Shown one piece after another: positions 48,117-56,885 of a DNA stretch of 64,000 bases. This DNA is from an uncultured Chloroflexia bacterium. GTDB taxonomy: Bacteria; Chloroflexota; Limnocylindria; Limnocylindrales; CSP1-4. The DNA lies in contig CAWFXA010000001.1 in the NCBI GenBank assembly GCA_963819655.1, positions 256,001 through 320,000 on the forward strand. The letters run 5' to 3'. Within the stretch, counting starts at the first letter, position 1, and every line of letters starts with the position of its first letter. A model generated the notes under the pieces. The model was not told the origin of the DNA and searched no databases. It was given only the letters and a program-made list of their open reading frames with translations. Position numbers and translations under genes: made by a program.

Positions 48117-50174
48117 TCAGGCAGCCACGACTTGGTTGCGACCGCCTCGCTTGGCCATCTGCAGACCGACGTCGGCCACCTCCAGCAGGGATTCGAGCGT
48201 GGCGACGGCCGGACCCAGCGAGGCACACCCGGCCGACACGGTCGCGCGCAGCTGCTCGCCGTCCGACCCGGTGACCCTGCACGACTCCAGCTCGCGTCGG
48301 ATCTCGTCTGCGACGCGATGGGCCTCCTCGACGGTCGCGCCATCGAGGATCGCGACGAACTCCTCGCCACCGAAGCGGGCGACGATATCGCTCGACCGCA
48401 GCCGACCCGACAGGATCGAGCCGAAGGTCCGCAGGACCGCGTCGCCGATGACGTGGCCGTGCTGCTTGTTGAACGCGCCGAAATGGTCGAGGTCGAACAG
48501 GATGATCGCCACCGGATGCCGGTCGTCCAGCGCGAGTCGCGCTCGCGCCGCGAAGAGCCGCGTCGTCGAGACTTCGAGGTGCCGCCGGTTCCAGAGACCC
48601 GTCAGCGGGTCGCGGATGGCCGCGTCGGCCACGCGCGCATGGAGGTCCACGTTGGCAAGCGCAAGCGTCACCTGGGAACCGAACAGCGGCATCGCCTCGA
48701 GCTCTAGCGCGCTGAAGGGGCGCGCGAGATCCCTGCGGTTCACGGTGATCGCGCCGACGACGGACTCCTCGTTGAGCAGCGGGATGGCGGCCGAGACCAG
48801 CACGTCCTCGACGCGGGCTCCCTGGAGTGCGGACGGGAACGAGCTGCGATGGAATGCCTCGGATGACATGACGCGCCGCTCGATCATGGCCCGGCCGGCC
48901 ATCCCCTCGCCAGGCGGGATCCGAACGCCGACGTACCGCTCGTCGCCGCCTTTGATCGCGACGATCCGGTCGTCGCCTGTCCCGTCGCGCAGGACCAGCG
49001 AGACGATGTCGGCCTGGAGCGCGTCGGCCACGGAACGGACGATCGCCGCGTGCGCGGTCGCGAGGTCCAGGCTCGCCGTGACGGAATTGCCGAACGCGGC
49101 CAGCCGCGCGAACAGTGCCGCCCGCTCGCGCAACGCCTCGCGCTCGCGTGCGAGCGCCAATGCCCCGGCGACCCGGTCCCCGACGAGGACCATCGTGTCC
49201 AGATCGCCCTGATCGAGGGGCGGCGCATCCTGGCCGCTCTCGATGTTGAGGACGCCGATCACGGTGTCGCCGGCGCGTAGCGGCACGCTGACCTCGCTAC
49301 GGACGTCGAGGCTCGCGGCGCGGTACTCGGGGTCGTCCAGGACGTCGCGCACGAGCTCGGCCTCGCCTGTGCGCATCACGCGACCGACGACGCCGACCGT
49401 CCCGTCGAAGGTCTCGATCACGTCGTCGTAGCCGCGCTGGGCTCCGAGACGCATGACGTCGCCGTCGCGCGTGTAGATCGAGACGTACCGGTAGCCGAAG
49501 CGGGCGACGAGCAGGACCATCACCTGGTCGAGGGCCGTCGATGTCGGGCCGTCCGCGGCGAGGACGCGCCCGACCGCTTCGACCGCGGACATCTGGCGGG
49601 TGCGCCGGCGCATACCGGCACTCGCTGTCTTGGCGCGCTCGACGGCCCGTTCGAGTGACGAGACCGTTCGGCGGGTCCCGACCGCGAGCACGACGCCTGT
49701 GGCCCCAAGCGCGATCCCGCGCTCGATGAGACCGATCCGGACCGTCGGGTTGCTGAATGCAGGGACGAAGTAGACCGTCAAGGCGGCGCCGACGACAGCG
49801 CCTGCGACCACCAGGACCTGCCGGGTCCCGAGTGCCGCCGCCATCGCGACGATCGGGATGACGAGCGAGGCGAGAGGCAGGGTCGAGGTGTCACCGGAGC
49901 CGACGCTCATCCACAGCACCACGGCGAGTGCGAACAGGAGCCTGGCCGTGTCGCGAGCCTCCGATCGACCCGCCCGTCGGCCGAGGCCGAGTCCGACCTG
50001 GACGCCGAGAAAGGCGAGCGAGGGTACGGCCACGAAGAGGGTGTCACCCTGGGATGCCCACTCGATGACCATGGCCGCGAGCACGACGGCGACCGCCAAC
50101 AGCACATGCGGGTCGGCGGCCAGTCGCTTCACGGCGCGCCGCACAAGGGCGCGCGACCGGTGGGATCGGATCAC
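48117..50174 (-). CDS. Membrane diguanylate cyclase (TM-GAF-GAF-GGDEF)
   Basis: DPLTGLWNRR, DLDHF, RxxD I-site RSSD, GGEEF; start uncertain (50174 or 50240). Confidence 0.92.
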   Translation of the reverse strand: MIRSHRSRALVRRAVKRLAADPHVLLAVAVVLAAMVIEWASQGDTLFVAVPSLAFLGVQVGLGLGRRAGRSEARDTARLLFALAVVLWMSVGSGDTSTLPLASLVIPIVAMAAALGTRQVLVVAGAVVGAALTVYFVPAFSNPTVRIGLIERGIALGATGVVLAVGTRRTVSSLERAVERAKTASAGMRRRTRQMSAVEAVGRVLAADGPTSTALDQVMVLLVARFGYRYVSIYTRDGDVMRLGAQRGYDDVIETFDGTVGVVGRVMRTGEAELVRDVLDDPEYRAASLDVRSEVSVPLRAGDTVIGVLNIESGQDAPPLDQGDLDTMVLVGDRVAGALALAREREALRERAALFARLAAFGNSVTASLDLATAHAAIVRSVADALQADIVSLVLRDGTGDDRIVAIKGGDERYVGVRIPPGEGMAGRAMIERRVMSSEAFHRSSFPSALQGARVEDVLVSAAIPLLNEESVVGAITVNRRDLARPFSALELEAMPLFGSQVTLALANVDLHARVADAAIRDPLTGLWNRRHLEVSTTRLFAARARLALDDRHPVAIILFDLDHFGAFNKQHGHVIGDAVLRTFGSILSGRLRSSDIVARFGGEEFVAILDGATVEEAHRVADEIRRELESCRVTGSDGEQLRATVSAGCASLGPAVATLESLLEVADVGLQMAKRGGRNQVVAA

Positions 50175-50287
50175 GAGCCGACTGTGCCTGGCAGATGGCC
50201 ACGCGTCGATAGGACGTTGGGCGTGGACGGGATGCACCATCCGTTCGCCGCCGGCGACCCTGACCTTCGGAAGGCAGGGCCGGGTGT

Positions 50288-50338
50288 CGTCAGCGTGGGC
50301 GGATCGTCAGCGCGAGCGGCTCGTCAGCGCCAGCGGAT
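50288..50338. repeat. Three degenerate 17-nt tandem copies of the kinase 3' end
   Basis: CGTCAGCGTGGGCGGAT / CGTCAGCGCGAGCGGCT / CGTCAGCGCCAGCGGAT; each reads TGA on the minus strand. Confidence 0.8.
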
Positions 50339-52087
50339 CGTGCCGGCCACCGGGTCCGCGATCTCGAGGATGTCGCGCAGCTCGGACCCGTCGTTCGGTT
50401 CGATGGCGAGCAGGACGGTGTCGTCGCCGGGGAGATCGATCACGACGATGCGCGTGGTCCGGTCCGGCTCGAGGTGGAACGTGCTGTTGTCGGTGGCGAA
50501 CAGCGCCACCCGCTCGTTATCGGACGGCGCGAGGTCGGTCGAGAGCCCACGCCGCCCATCGATCCGGACCGACGTCGGATCCGTCGCCTGGACCCCGTCG
50601 GTGGAGATGAGCGCCTCGATGATGTCCTGCGGCCGCGGCCGTGGTTCGTCTGTCTCGCCGTTCGGGTAGACCTCCTTGATGCGGCCGGCGAACGTGATCG
50701 CGCCCTCCGGACGCGTCAGGGTGAGGATGTCCTCACCGTGCACGGCGTTCGACCATCCTTCGCCGAGCTCGATGTCGAAGGCGGGCCGGAACCGGGACGG
50801 CGCATATCGACCGGCGCCGAGGCCGCACGGGATGTCGAAGAAGATCTCGCACAGGTCGGACACCTCGCCGGCCGGCAAGGCGGTGGGCGCCGGCGTCGTG
50901 GCCGGCGTGGGTTCCGGGGTCGGGGTCGGGGCGGGCGTGGGTTCTGGGGTCGGAGTCGGGACGGGGGTCGGAGTCGCGATCGCGGCTTCGCTCGGCGCCG
51001 CGGTCAGGACCGGTCGCCCCGCGCCGGGCAGCGCCGCGACGATCACCGCACCACCCGCGATGCCGAGCAATGCCAGCAGCGCCACCGCGACGCCTGACGG
51101 GGCCGAGCGGCTGCGGCCGGCACGGGCTGAACGAGGCTTCGCGGACGCGCGCGGGCGCCCCCGTGCGCGCCTAGATCCTGCGTCCTGGGCGGCGCCCGCC
51201 TGGGCGTCATCGGCGAGCCTCGGAGTCGCGACGATCGTCGTCGGGCTCGCGTCGTCGGCTGCCTGCACGACCGATTCGAGTGCCGCGGCCATCGCGTTGC
51301 CGTTCGAGTACCGGTCGGCCGGGTCGGGCGCTAGGGCCCGCCGCACGACCGCATCGAGCTCGGCCGGGACCTCGGGACGGATGGCCTTGGGCGACGGCGC
51401 CTCGGCGCCGATCCTGGCCAACGCGATCGCGTCGGTCGTCTCGCCCCCGAATGGGCGGGTGCCGGTCAATGCCTCGAACAGGACCAGCCCCAGTCCATAG
51501 ACATCGGATGCGGGAGTGGTCGTGGCGCCCCGCGCCTGCTCCGGGCTGAAGTAGTGGACCGACCCCAGCGTGGTGCCGGGCGTGACTCCCTCGGCGTCGG
51601 CGGCCAGCCGGGCGATCCCGAAGTCGGTGACCATGGCGCGACCGTCGGCGGCCAGCATGATGTTGCCGGGTTTGACATCGCGATGGACGATCCCGCGCAT
51701 GTGGGCCACGCCGAGGGCTCGTGCAACATCGAGGCCGACCCGGGCTGCCGCGCTCGACGACAACCGGCCGCCTCGCTTCAGGCGCGCGGAGAGGTCCTCG
51801 CCGTCGACCAGGTCCATCACGAGGTACGGCTGGTCGCGGTCGGTGCCGGTGTCGAGACACGCGACGATGTTGGGGTGACGGAGGACAGTCGCTGCTAGCG
51901 CCTCCCGCCGAAACCGACTTGCGAGGTCCGCGTCCCTGGCGGCCTCGGGTCGGAGCAGCTTGACGGCGACTGCCCGATCGAGCCGGAGGTCGATGGCCTT
52001 ATGGATCGTCGCCATCCCGCCCCGGCCGATCTCCGGTCCCAGTCGGTAGCGGTCGCCGATGACCCGCGCCTTGCGTGGATTCGCCAC
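50324..52087 (-). CDS. Hanks-type Ser/Thr protein kinase with TM helix, PT linker and extracellular domain
   Basis: GRGGMA, VAVK, HRDVKPGN, DFG, SPEQ. Confidence 0.95.
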   Translation of the reverse strand: MANPRKARVIGDRYRLGPEIGRGGMATIHKAIDLRLDRAVAVKLLRPEAARDADLASRFRREALAATVLRHPNIVACLDTGTDRDQPYLVMDLVDGEDLSARLKRGGRLSSSAAARVGLDVARALGVAHMRGIVHRDVKPGNIMLAADGRAMVTDFGIARLAADAEGVTPGTTLGSVHYFSPEQARGATTTPASDVYGLGLVLFEALTGTRPFGGETTDAIALARIGAEAPSPKAIRPEVPAELDAVVRRALAPDPADRYSNGNAMAAALESVVQAADDASPTTIVATPRLADDAQAGAAQDAGSRRARGRPRASAKPRSARAGRSRSAPSGVAVALLALLGIAGGAVIVAALPGAGRPVLTAAPSEAAIATPTPVPTPTPEPTPAPTPTPEPTPATTPAPTALPAGEVSDLCEIFFDIPCGLGAGRYAPSRFRPAFDIELGEGWSNAVHGEDILTLTRPEGAITFAGRIKEVYPNGETDEPRPRPQDIIEALISTDGVQATDPTSVRIDGRRGLSTDLAPSDNERVALFATDNSTFHLEPDRTTRIVVIDLPGDDTVLLAIEPNDGSELRDILEIADPVAGTIRWR

Positions 52088-52175
52088 GGCGGGACGATAG
52101 CCGAGACGGGCCGAGTCGGTGCTCGGGCCCGTATGCTGCCCGGCCAATGGGAATGCCGATGCCCGTGAACCGACC

Positions 52176-53024
52176 GTGACGGCCGTGATCGGCGGTCTGC
52201 TAGCGGCCGCCTGTTTCTCAGCGAGTCTTCTCGCGTCGTCGCGGGCGTCGCGGATGATCGGCGCCCTGCCCACGCTCGGTGGGGTCATGCTGGTGAGCAC
52301 CCTGATCGCGCTGCCCGTCGCGGCCCTGACGATCGGCGAATCACGCCCGACGGCCGATGCCCTGCCCTACCTCCTCATCGCTGGAGCGGGGAATGTCTTT
52401 GGCCTGCTGTTCGAGTACATCGCGCTGCGGTCGGGCAAGGTCGGGCTCGTCGGGGCGCTGGCAGCGGCCGAAGGGGCGGTCTCGGCGGTCCTGTCGGTCA
52501 TCGCGGGGGAAGTCCTGGGCCCGCTGCAGGGACTCGGCGTGGCGGTGGTCGGGATCGGCGTCACCTTCGCGGCTCTGGGTCCCGACCCGGACTCACCGGA
52601 CGCGGGATCGGCACGACGGGCCGTGCTGTTCGGCGCGCTGGCCGGACTGGCGTTCGGGGCGAGCCTCTACGCGACGGGTCGAATCGGGGCGGACCTCGCG
52701 ATCGGCTGGGCGATCCTGCCGCCCCGGATCGTCGGGATGGCTCTGATCGTCATCCCGCTCGCGGCGACGCGACGCCTCTCGATCTCACGGCCGGCCGTGC
52801 CATTCGTGATCGTGGCGGGCGCAGGCGAGGTGGGCGGTTTCCTTGCGTTCGCGTGGGCGGCGCGCGACAGCATTGCCGTGGGTTCCGCCCTGGCCGCCCA
52901 GTTCGCCACGGTCGCGGCGATCGTCGCGTGGCTGGTCTTCGGGGAGCGCCTCGGCCGACTCCAATGGGCCGGCGTTGCCGGCGTCGCGGTCGGCGTGGTG
53001 CTGCTGGCGTTGGGCGCGACCTAG
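52176..53024 (+). CDS. EamA/DMT family transporter
   Basis: About 10 TM helices in two repeats, each ending in GE.L. Confidence 0.85.
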   Translation: MTAVIGGLLAAACFSASLLASSRASRMIGALPTLGGVMLVSTLIALPVAALTIGESRPTADALPYLLIAGAGNVFGLLFEYIALRSGKVGLVGALAAAEGAVSAVLSVIAGEVLGPLQGLGVAVVGIGVTFAALGPDPDSPDAGSARRAVLFGALAGLAFGASLYATGRIGADLAIGWAILPPRIVGMALIVIPLAATRRLSISRPAVPFVIVAGAGEVGGFLAFAWAARDSIAVGSALAAQFATVAAIVAWLVFGERLGRLQWAGVAGVAVGVVLLALGAT

Positions 53025-53052
53025 CGGGTCATCGAGATCACAGGGATCAGAA

Positions 53053-53128
53053 TGGAGCGGGAGACGAGGTTCGAACTCGCGACATGCAGCTTGGAAGGCT
53101 GCCGCTCTGCCAACTGAGCTACTCCCGC
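53053..53128 (-). tRNA. tRNA-Gly(TCC)
   Basis: 76-nt cloverleaf GCGGGAG...TAGCTCAG...TTCCAA...GTTCGAAC...CTCCCGC-TCCA; TAGACT -10 at 53145-53150. Confidence 0.97.
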
Positions 53129-53178
53129 CCTGAGGTGCCCGCGAAGTCTACCAACAGTCCTGACGCCGCTCCGGCGCG

Positions 53179-53568
53179 TCAGGCCTTGCGCTCGAGGATC
53201 GGCCGCGCGACGTCGGGTTTGTCGACCACGAACGCGAACATCGCACGGTCGCCCCACCGACCCAGGAACAGGTGGCCCTGGATGTTCACACCGGCGTCCG
53301 CGAGCTGGCGCGACAGCCGGGCCATCCCACCGGGCTTGTCATCGACCTCGGTCACCAGCGACTCGCCCTCGATGTACACGTAGCCCATCTCGTCGAGCAC
53401 GCTCTTGGTCGCCTGGTCGTCAGCGGTCGTCATGATGACGTGCCCCGAGTCGCCGATGCTCCCGCCACCGATCGCGCGCAGGTCGACGCCGTGCGTCGCG
53501 AGCGCCTCGGCGAGCGTGGCCATCGCGCCGGGCTCGTTCTTCAGCTGGACCACGAACTGGTTGGCCAT
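53179..53568 (-). CDS. Tandem ACT-domain protein
   Basis: NEPGAMA..GVDL and DKPGGMA..GVNI repeats; GGAGG RBS. Confidence 0.9.
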   Translation of the reverse strand: MANQFVVQLKNEPGAMATLAEALATHGVDLRAIGGGSIGDSGHVIMTTADDQATKSVLDEMGYVYIEGESLVTEVDDKPGGMARLSRQLADAGVNIQGHLFLGRWGDRAMFAFVVDKPDVARPILERKA

Positions 53569-53607
53569 GTCGGTGACGGACCTCCGGCGGCGACTGGGGC
53601 GGCAATT

Positions 53608-54365
53608 CTACCCGGCCGTGCCGGGCCGGCTTGCCGCCTCGAGCGCAGCACCCTCCTTGCTTGAGTGGAATACCGGGACCAGGGCGAGTGCCGTGGTGAA
53701 CGCCATGCCCAGGAGTCAGCCGGCGACGACGTCGCTCGGATGGTGCTCGCCGAGGTACACACGGGAGACGCCGATCGCGAAAGGGATGGCGGCGAATCCG
53801 ACGATGACGCGCCGGGACGGTGGCCACAACGGCAACGCGATGAGGAGGCTCGCGACGAGGACCGTCGAGCGGAGCGCGTGGCCGCTCGGGAACGCGTCGA
53901 TGCCCGCGGTCGCGATGCGAGGCGGGTCGATCAGGATCGTGGCCGCGAAGAGTGAGGCGCCGAGCAACGCACCCCTCCGGTACCGCGTGCGCCACAGAAC
54001 GACGACGATCAGGACGGCCAGCGCGGCCCAGATCAGGTCCTCGCTCTCCGGCATCTTCAGCGGGATCTGGAAGCTCGTGGCCGGGCGGGGACGGGCGAAG
54101 GCGGACTTGACGAGGTCCACAGGAAGCCGACCGGGATCATCGTGAAGAATCCGAGCACGTCCGCGACCCCGAGCTCCGAGATCGCGACCATGACCGGATC
54201 GAGGATCCCGCCATGCAGGGTGGCCATCGCTTCGAGCGCAGCCAGGTCGAAGGCTTCCGTGACGCCCGCGCGCACGAGCAGAGCCACGACGACGAAGCCG
54301 GCAAGGGACGTCGCCGCGACGCTGGCGAGTCTCGAGCGGGCCCGATCGTCGTTCAGGAGCGACAT
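53608..54365 (-). pseudogene. PAP2 phosphatase with a frameshift/deletion near 54120 and an in-frame TGA at 53716
   Basis: K.....RPRP, FPSGH, SRVYLGEHHPSDVVAG*LLG; N-terminus lies in another frame. Confidence 0.8.
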
Positions 54366-54446
54366 CGGCGGAGTAGACACGCCACCGCCCCCGTTGCTGG
54401 CGGCTCGGCAGCGTCGCGCGCCGGCCCACCTGCTAGGGTCAGCCCG

Positions 54447-55301
54447 ATGACCTCGACCACGCTTCCGCCCCGTGTCGCGGCCGTCCTCGCTGACCCCGAA
54501 CCCGGTGAGCGGATCACGGTCGAGGCGGCCGGCATCCCGTGGTCGGCGCTCGTCTGGGGTGACCCCGCTGCACGCCCGCTTCTGCTGATCCACGGCGTCA
54601 CCTCGTCGGCGGCCATCTGGTGGCGGATCGGTCCTGCCCTCGCGGCCACCGGGCGGCGCATCGTCGCGGTCGACCAGGCGGGTCACGGTCGGACCGGGCA
54701 CTGGACAGGCCACGTCAGGTTCCGGGACAACGCCGCCGACCTCGCCGCCTTCGCGCGGGCTGCCAGTCTCGCGACGGCCGACCTCCAGATCGTCGGGCAC
54801 AGCTGGGGAGCCGTCACGGCCGCCGCACTACCGGCGGTCGGCCTCCGGCCCGTGACGCTCATCCTGATCGACCCACCGGTCCTGCCGCTTGCGCTGATCT
54901 CGCTCGAGGCGTCCGATCCCGCGCAGCGCACCTACGACGACCTCGACGAAGCGGTGGCCGCGATCCGTGCCGCCGAGCCCGCCTGGTCCGACCGCGACAT
55001 CCGCGCCAAGGCCGAGGCCCTGACCGATCTCGACGAGGCGGCGGCCCGGGCGGTGCTGACCGAGAACGGCGATTGGGACGGCGGCCTCGCCGAGCTGCGT
55101 GACCCGGCGGCCGCCGGCATCGACACCTGGGTCATCCGCGGTGAGCCTGCGACCGGTGGCTACGTCAGTGCCGAGGCCGCCGCCGCGTTCGAGGCGGTCA
55201 TCGGGGCCGGCCACGTCATCACGATCCCGGGTGGGTCCCACTCGCCCCAACGGCTCCACCCGGCCGAGACCACGGCGGCGCTGTTCCGGGCCCTGGGCTG
55301 A
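54447..55301 (+). CDS. Alpha/beta hydrolase
   Basis: HG oxyanion motif, D.AGHG, GHSWG, terminal GSH. Confidence 0.9.
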   Translation: MTSTTLPPRVAAVLADPEPGERITVEAAGIPWSALVWGDPAARPLLLIHGVTSSAAIWWRIGPALAATGRRIVAVDQAGHGRTGHWTGHVRFRDNAADLAAFARAASLATADLQIVGHSWGAVTAAALPAVGLRPVTLILIDPPVLPLALISLEASDPAQRTYDDLDEAVAAIRAAEPAWSDRDIRAKAEALTDLDEAAARAVLTENGDWDGGLAELRDPAAAGIDTWVIRGEPATGGYVSAEAAAAFEAVIGAGHVITIPGGSHSPQRLHPAETTAALFRALG

Positions 55302-55302
55302 C

Positions 55303-56790
55303 TCAGGCGCCGCGACGGATCTCCGCGGCTCGCTGGTAGGCGTCGAGATACTTGGGTGCGGACCCCGTCGTCCAGTCGAAGTCGACAGCCATCCCGCGGT
55401 CGATGAGCCGGTCCCACACGGTCCCCCGTCGCTCCCGGAGCGCGAACGCGGCCTCGCACGCCGCGATCAACGCCCCGACCGTGGGTTCGCCGAAGACGAA
55501 GCCTGTGCCGGCGCCCGGCTGACGCGTCACGTCGATCACCGTGTCGGCCAGGCCGCCGGTCCGGTGGACGATCGGTGGCGTTCCGTAGCGGAGCGCGATC
55601 ATCTGTCCCTGCCCGCACGGCTCGAAGCGCGATGGCATCGCGAAGAAGTCGGCGCCGGCATAGATCCGACGCGCCATCTCGCGGTCGAACCGCTCGATGA
55701 AGGCGACCCTGCCGGGCGACTCCTCGGCCAGAGCCCGGAACGGGTCGGCGAGCGACGCGTGCCCCGAACCCTGGACGATCAGCCGCGCCCCTCGCGCGAG
55801 CAACGCCGGCGCGGCGCCGGCCAGCAGGTCGAAGCCCTTCTGCGGATCGAGCCGCCCGATCATGCCGATCACCGGCCCGGTATCGGCGGGGTCCATCCCG
55901 TTGCGGGTCAGCAGGTCGGCCCGGCAGACCATCTTGCCGGCAGGGTCACGACGCGAGTACGGCGCCGCCAGGACAGGGTCGTTGTCCGGGTCCCAGAGCG
56001 CGGTGTCGAGCCCGTTGAGGATGCCCAGGAAGCGGTCGCCGCGGGATCGGAGCAGCCCGTCGAGCCCCATGCCTAAGGCGGGCGTCAGGACCTCCGCCGC
56101 GTAGCCGGGTGACACGGTGTTGACGATCTCGGCGACCTCGATGCCGGCCGCCAGCAGGTCGATGCCATCGGCATTCTGACCCGGCGCCCGCCCCCCGGGT
56201 TGGAGCCCGAGCTGGGGCAGGTCCGCGTTCGGCGTCCAGCCGTGGTAGGCCAGGTTGTGGAGCGTCATGACAAGCGCCGCCCGGCCGATGATCGGGTCGT
56301 CGCGGTAGAGGCGGTCGCGGAATACCGCCGCAGGTCCTGCTTGCCAATCGTGCAGGTGGAGCACGTCGATCCGGCGTCCCTCGCCGCGCAACGTCTCCAG
56401 CGCGGCCCGCGCGAACAACCCGAAGCGCCACGCGTTGTCGGCGTAGTCCCCCGCGTCGTCGCCGTAGAACCCGTCCCTGTCGAACGCCGGCGGGTGATCG
56501 ACCAGCCGCAGCCGATAGCCGTCGGCTGCGACGTCGACGATCGTGACCGACGTCGAACCGGCGCGTGCGCGGGGATCCGGCACGGCGACGACCGTCTCGG
56601 TCAAGATCGCGTCGGGCCGCGGCTCCGGCACGCCCCGATAGCGCGGCAGGAAGACGTCGACCGGCATCTCGGCGGCTTCGTCGGGCACCCGGCCGATGGC
56701 GCGCGCGAGCGCATCGACCACGTCGGCCAGGCCTCCGGTCTTGGCCCACGGCTCGCATTCGGCTGACAGGAAGGCGACCCGGAGTCCCAC
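55303..56790 (-). CDS. glgA: Glycogen synthase
   Basis: KTGGLADV, HDWQ, HNLAYHG, QKG, PSRFEPCG. Confidence 0.96.
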   Translation of the reverse strand: MGLRVAFLSAECEPWAKTGGLADVVDALARAIGRVPDEAAEMPVDVFLPRYRGVPEPRPDAILTETVVAVPDPRARAGSTSVTIVDVAADGYRLRLVDHPPAFDRDGFYGDDAGDYADNAWRFGLFARAALETLRGEGRRIDVLHLHDWQAGPAAVFRDRLYRDDPIIGRAALVMTLHNLAYHGWTPNADLPQLGLQPGGRAPGQNADGIDLLAAGIEVAEIVNTVSPGYAAEVLTPALGMGLDGLLRSRGDRFLGILNGLDTALWDPDNDPVLAAPYSRRDPAGKMVCRADLLTRNGMDPADTGPVIGMIGRLDPQKGFDLLAGAAPALLARGARLIVQGSGHASLADPFRALAEESPGRVAFIERFDREMARRIYAGADFFAMPSRFEPCGQGQMIALRYGTPPIVHRTGGLADTVIDVTRQPGAGTGFVFGEPTVGALIAACEAAFALRERRGTVWDRLIDRGMAVDFDWTTGSAPKYLDAYQRAAEIRRGA

Positions 56791-56849
56791 GCCAGCATGG
56801 TAGTCGCGACACTGCGCGTCCGGACCGTCCCGAGGGCTCGGCCAAACGG

Positions 56850-56877
56850 TTTGACGCGATCGGTCACCCGGTATCAT
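56850..56877 (+). promoter_or_regulatory. Leaderless glgP promoter TTGACG-N16-TATCAT
   Basis: -10 element ends 8 nt before ATG 56886. Confidence 0.65.
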
Positions 56878-56885
56878 GCGCGCGC

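Noticed and set aside
50890-50975. Repetitive DNA in the kinase gene
   Set aside because: It encodes an ordinary PTPTPEPTP linker.
53053-53128. tRNA-Gly as an integration site
   Set aside because: No integrase, no duplicated tRNA 3' end and no obvious compositional shift seen in the window.
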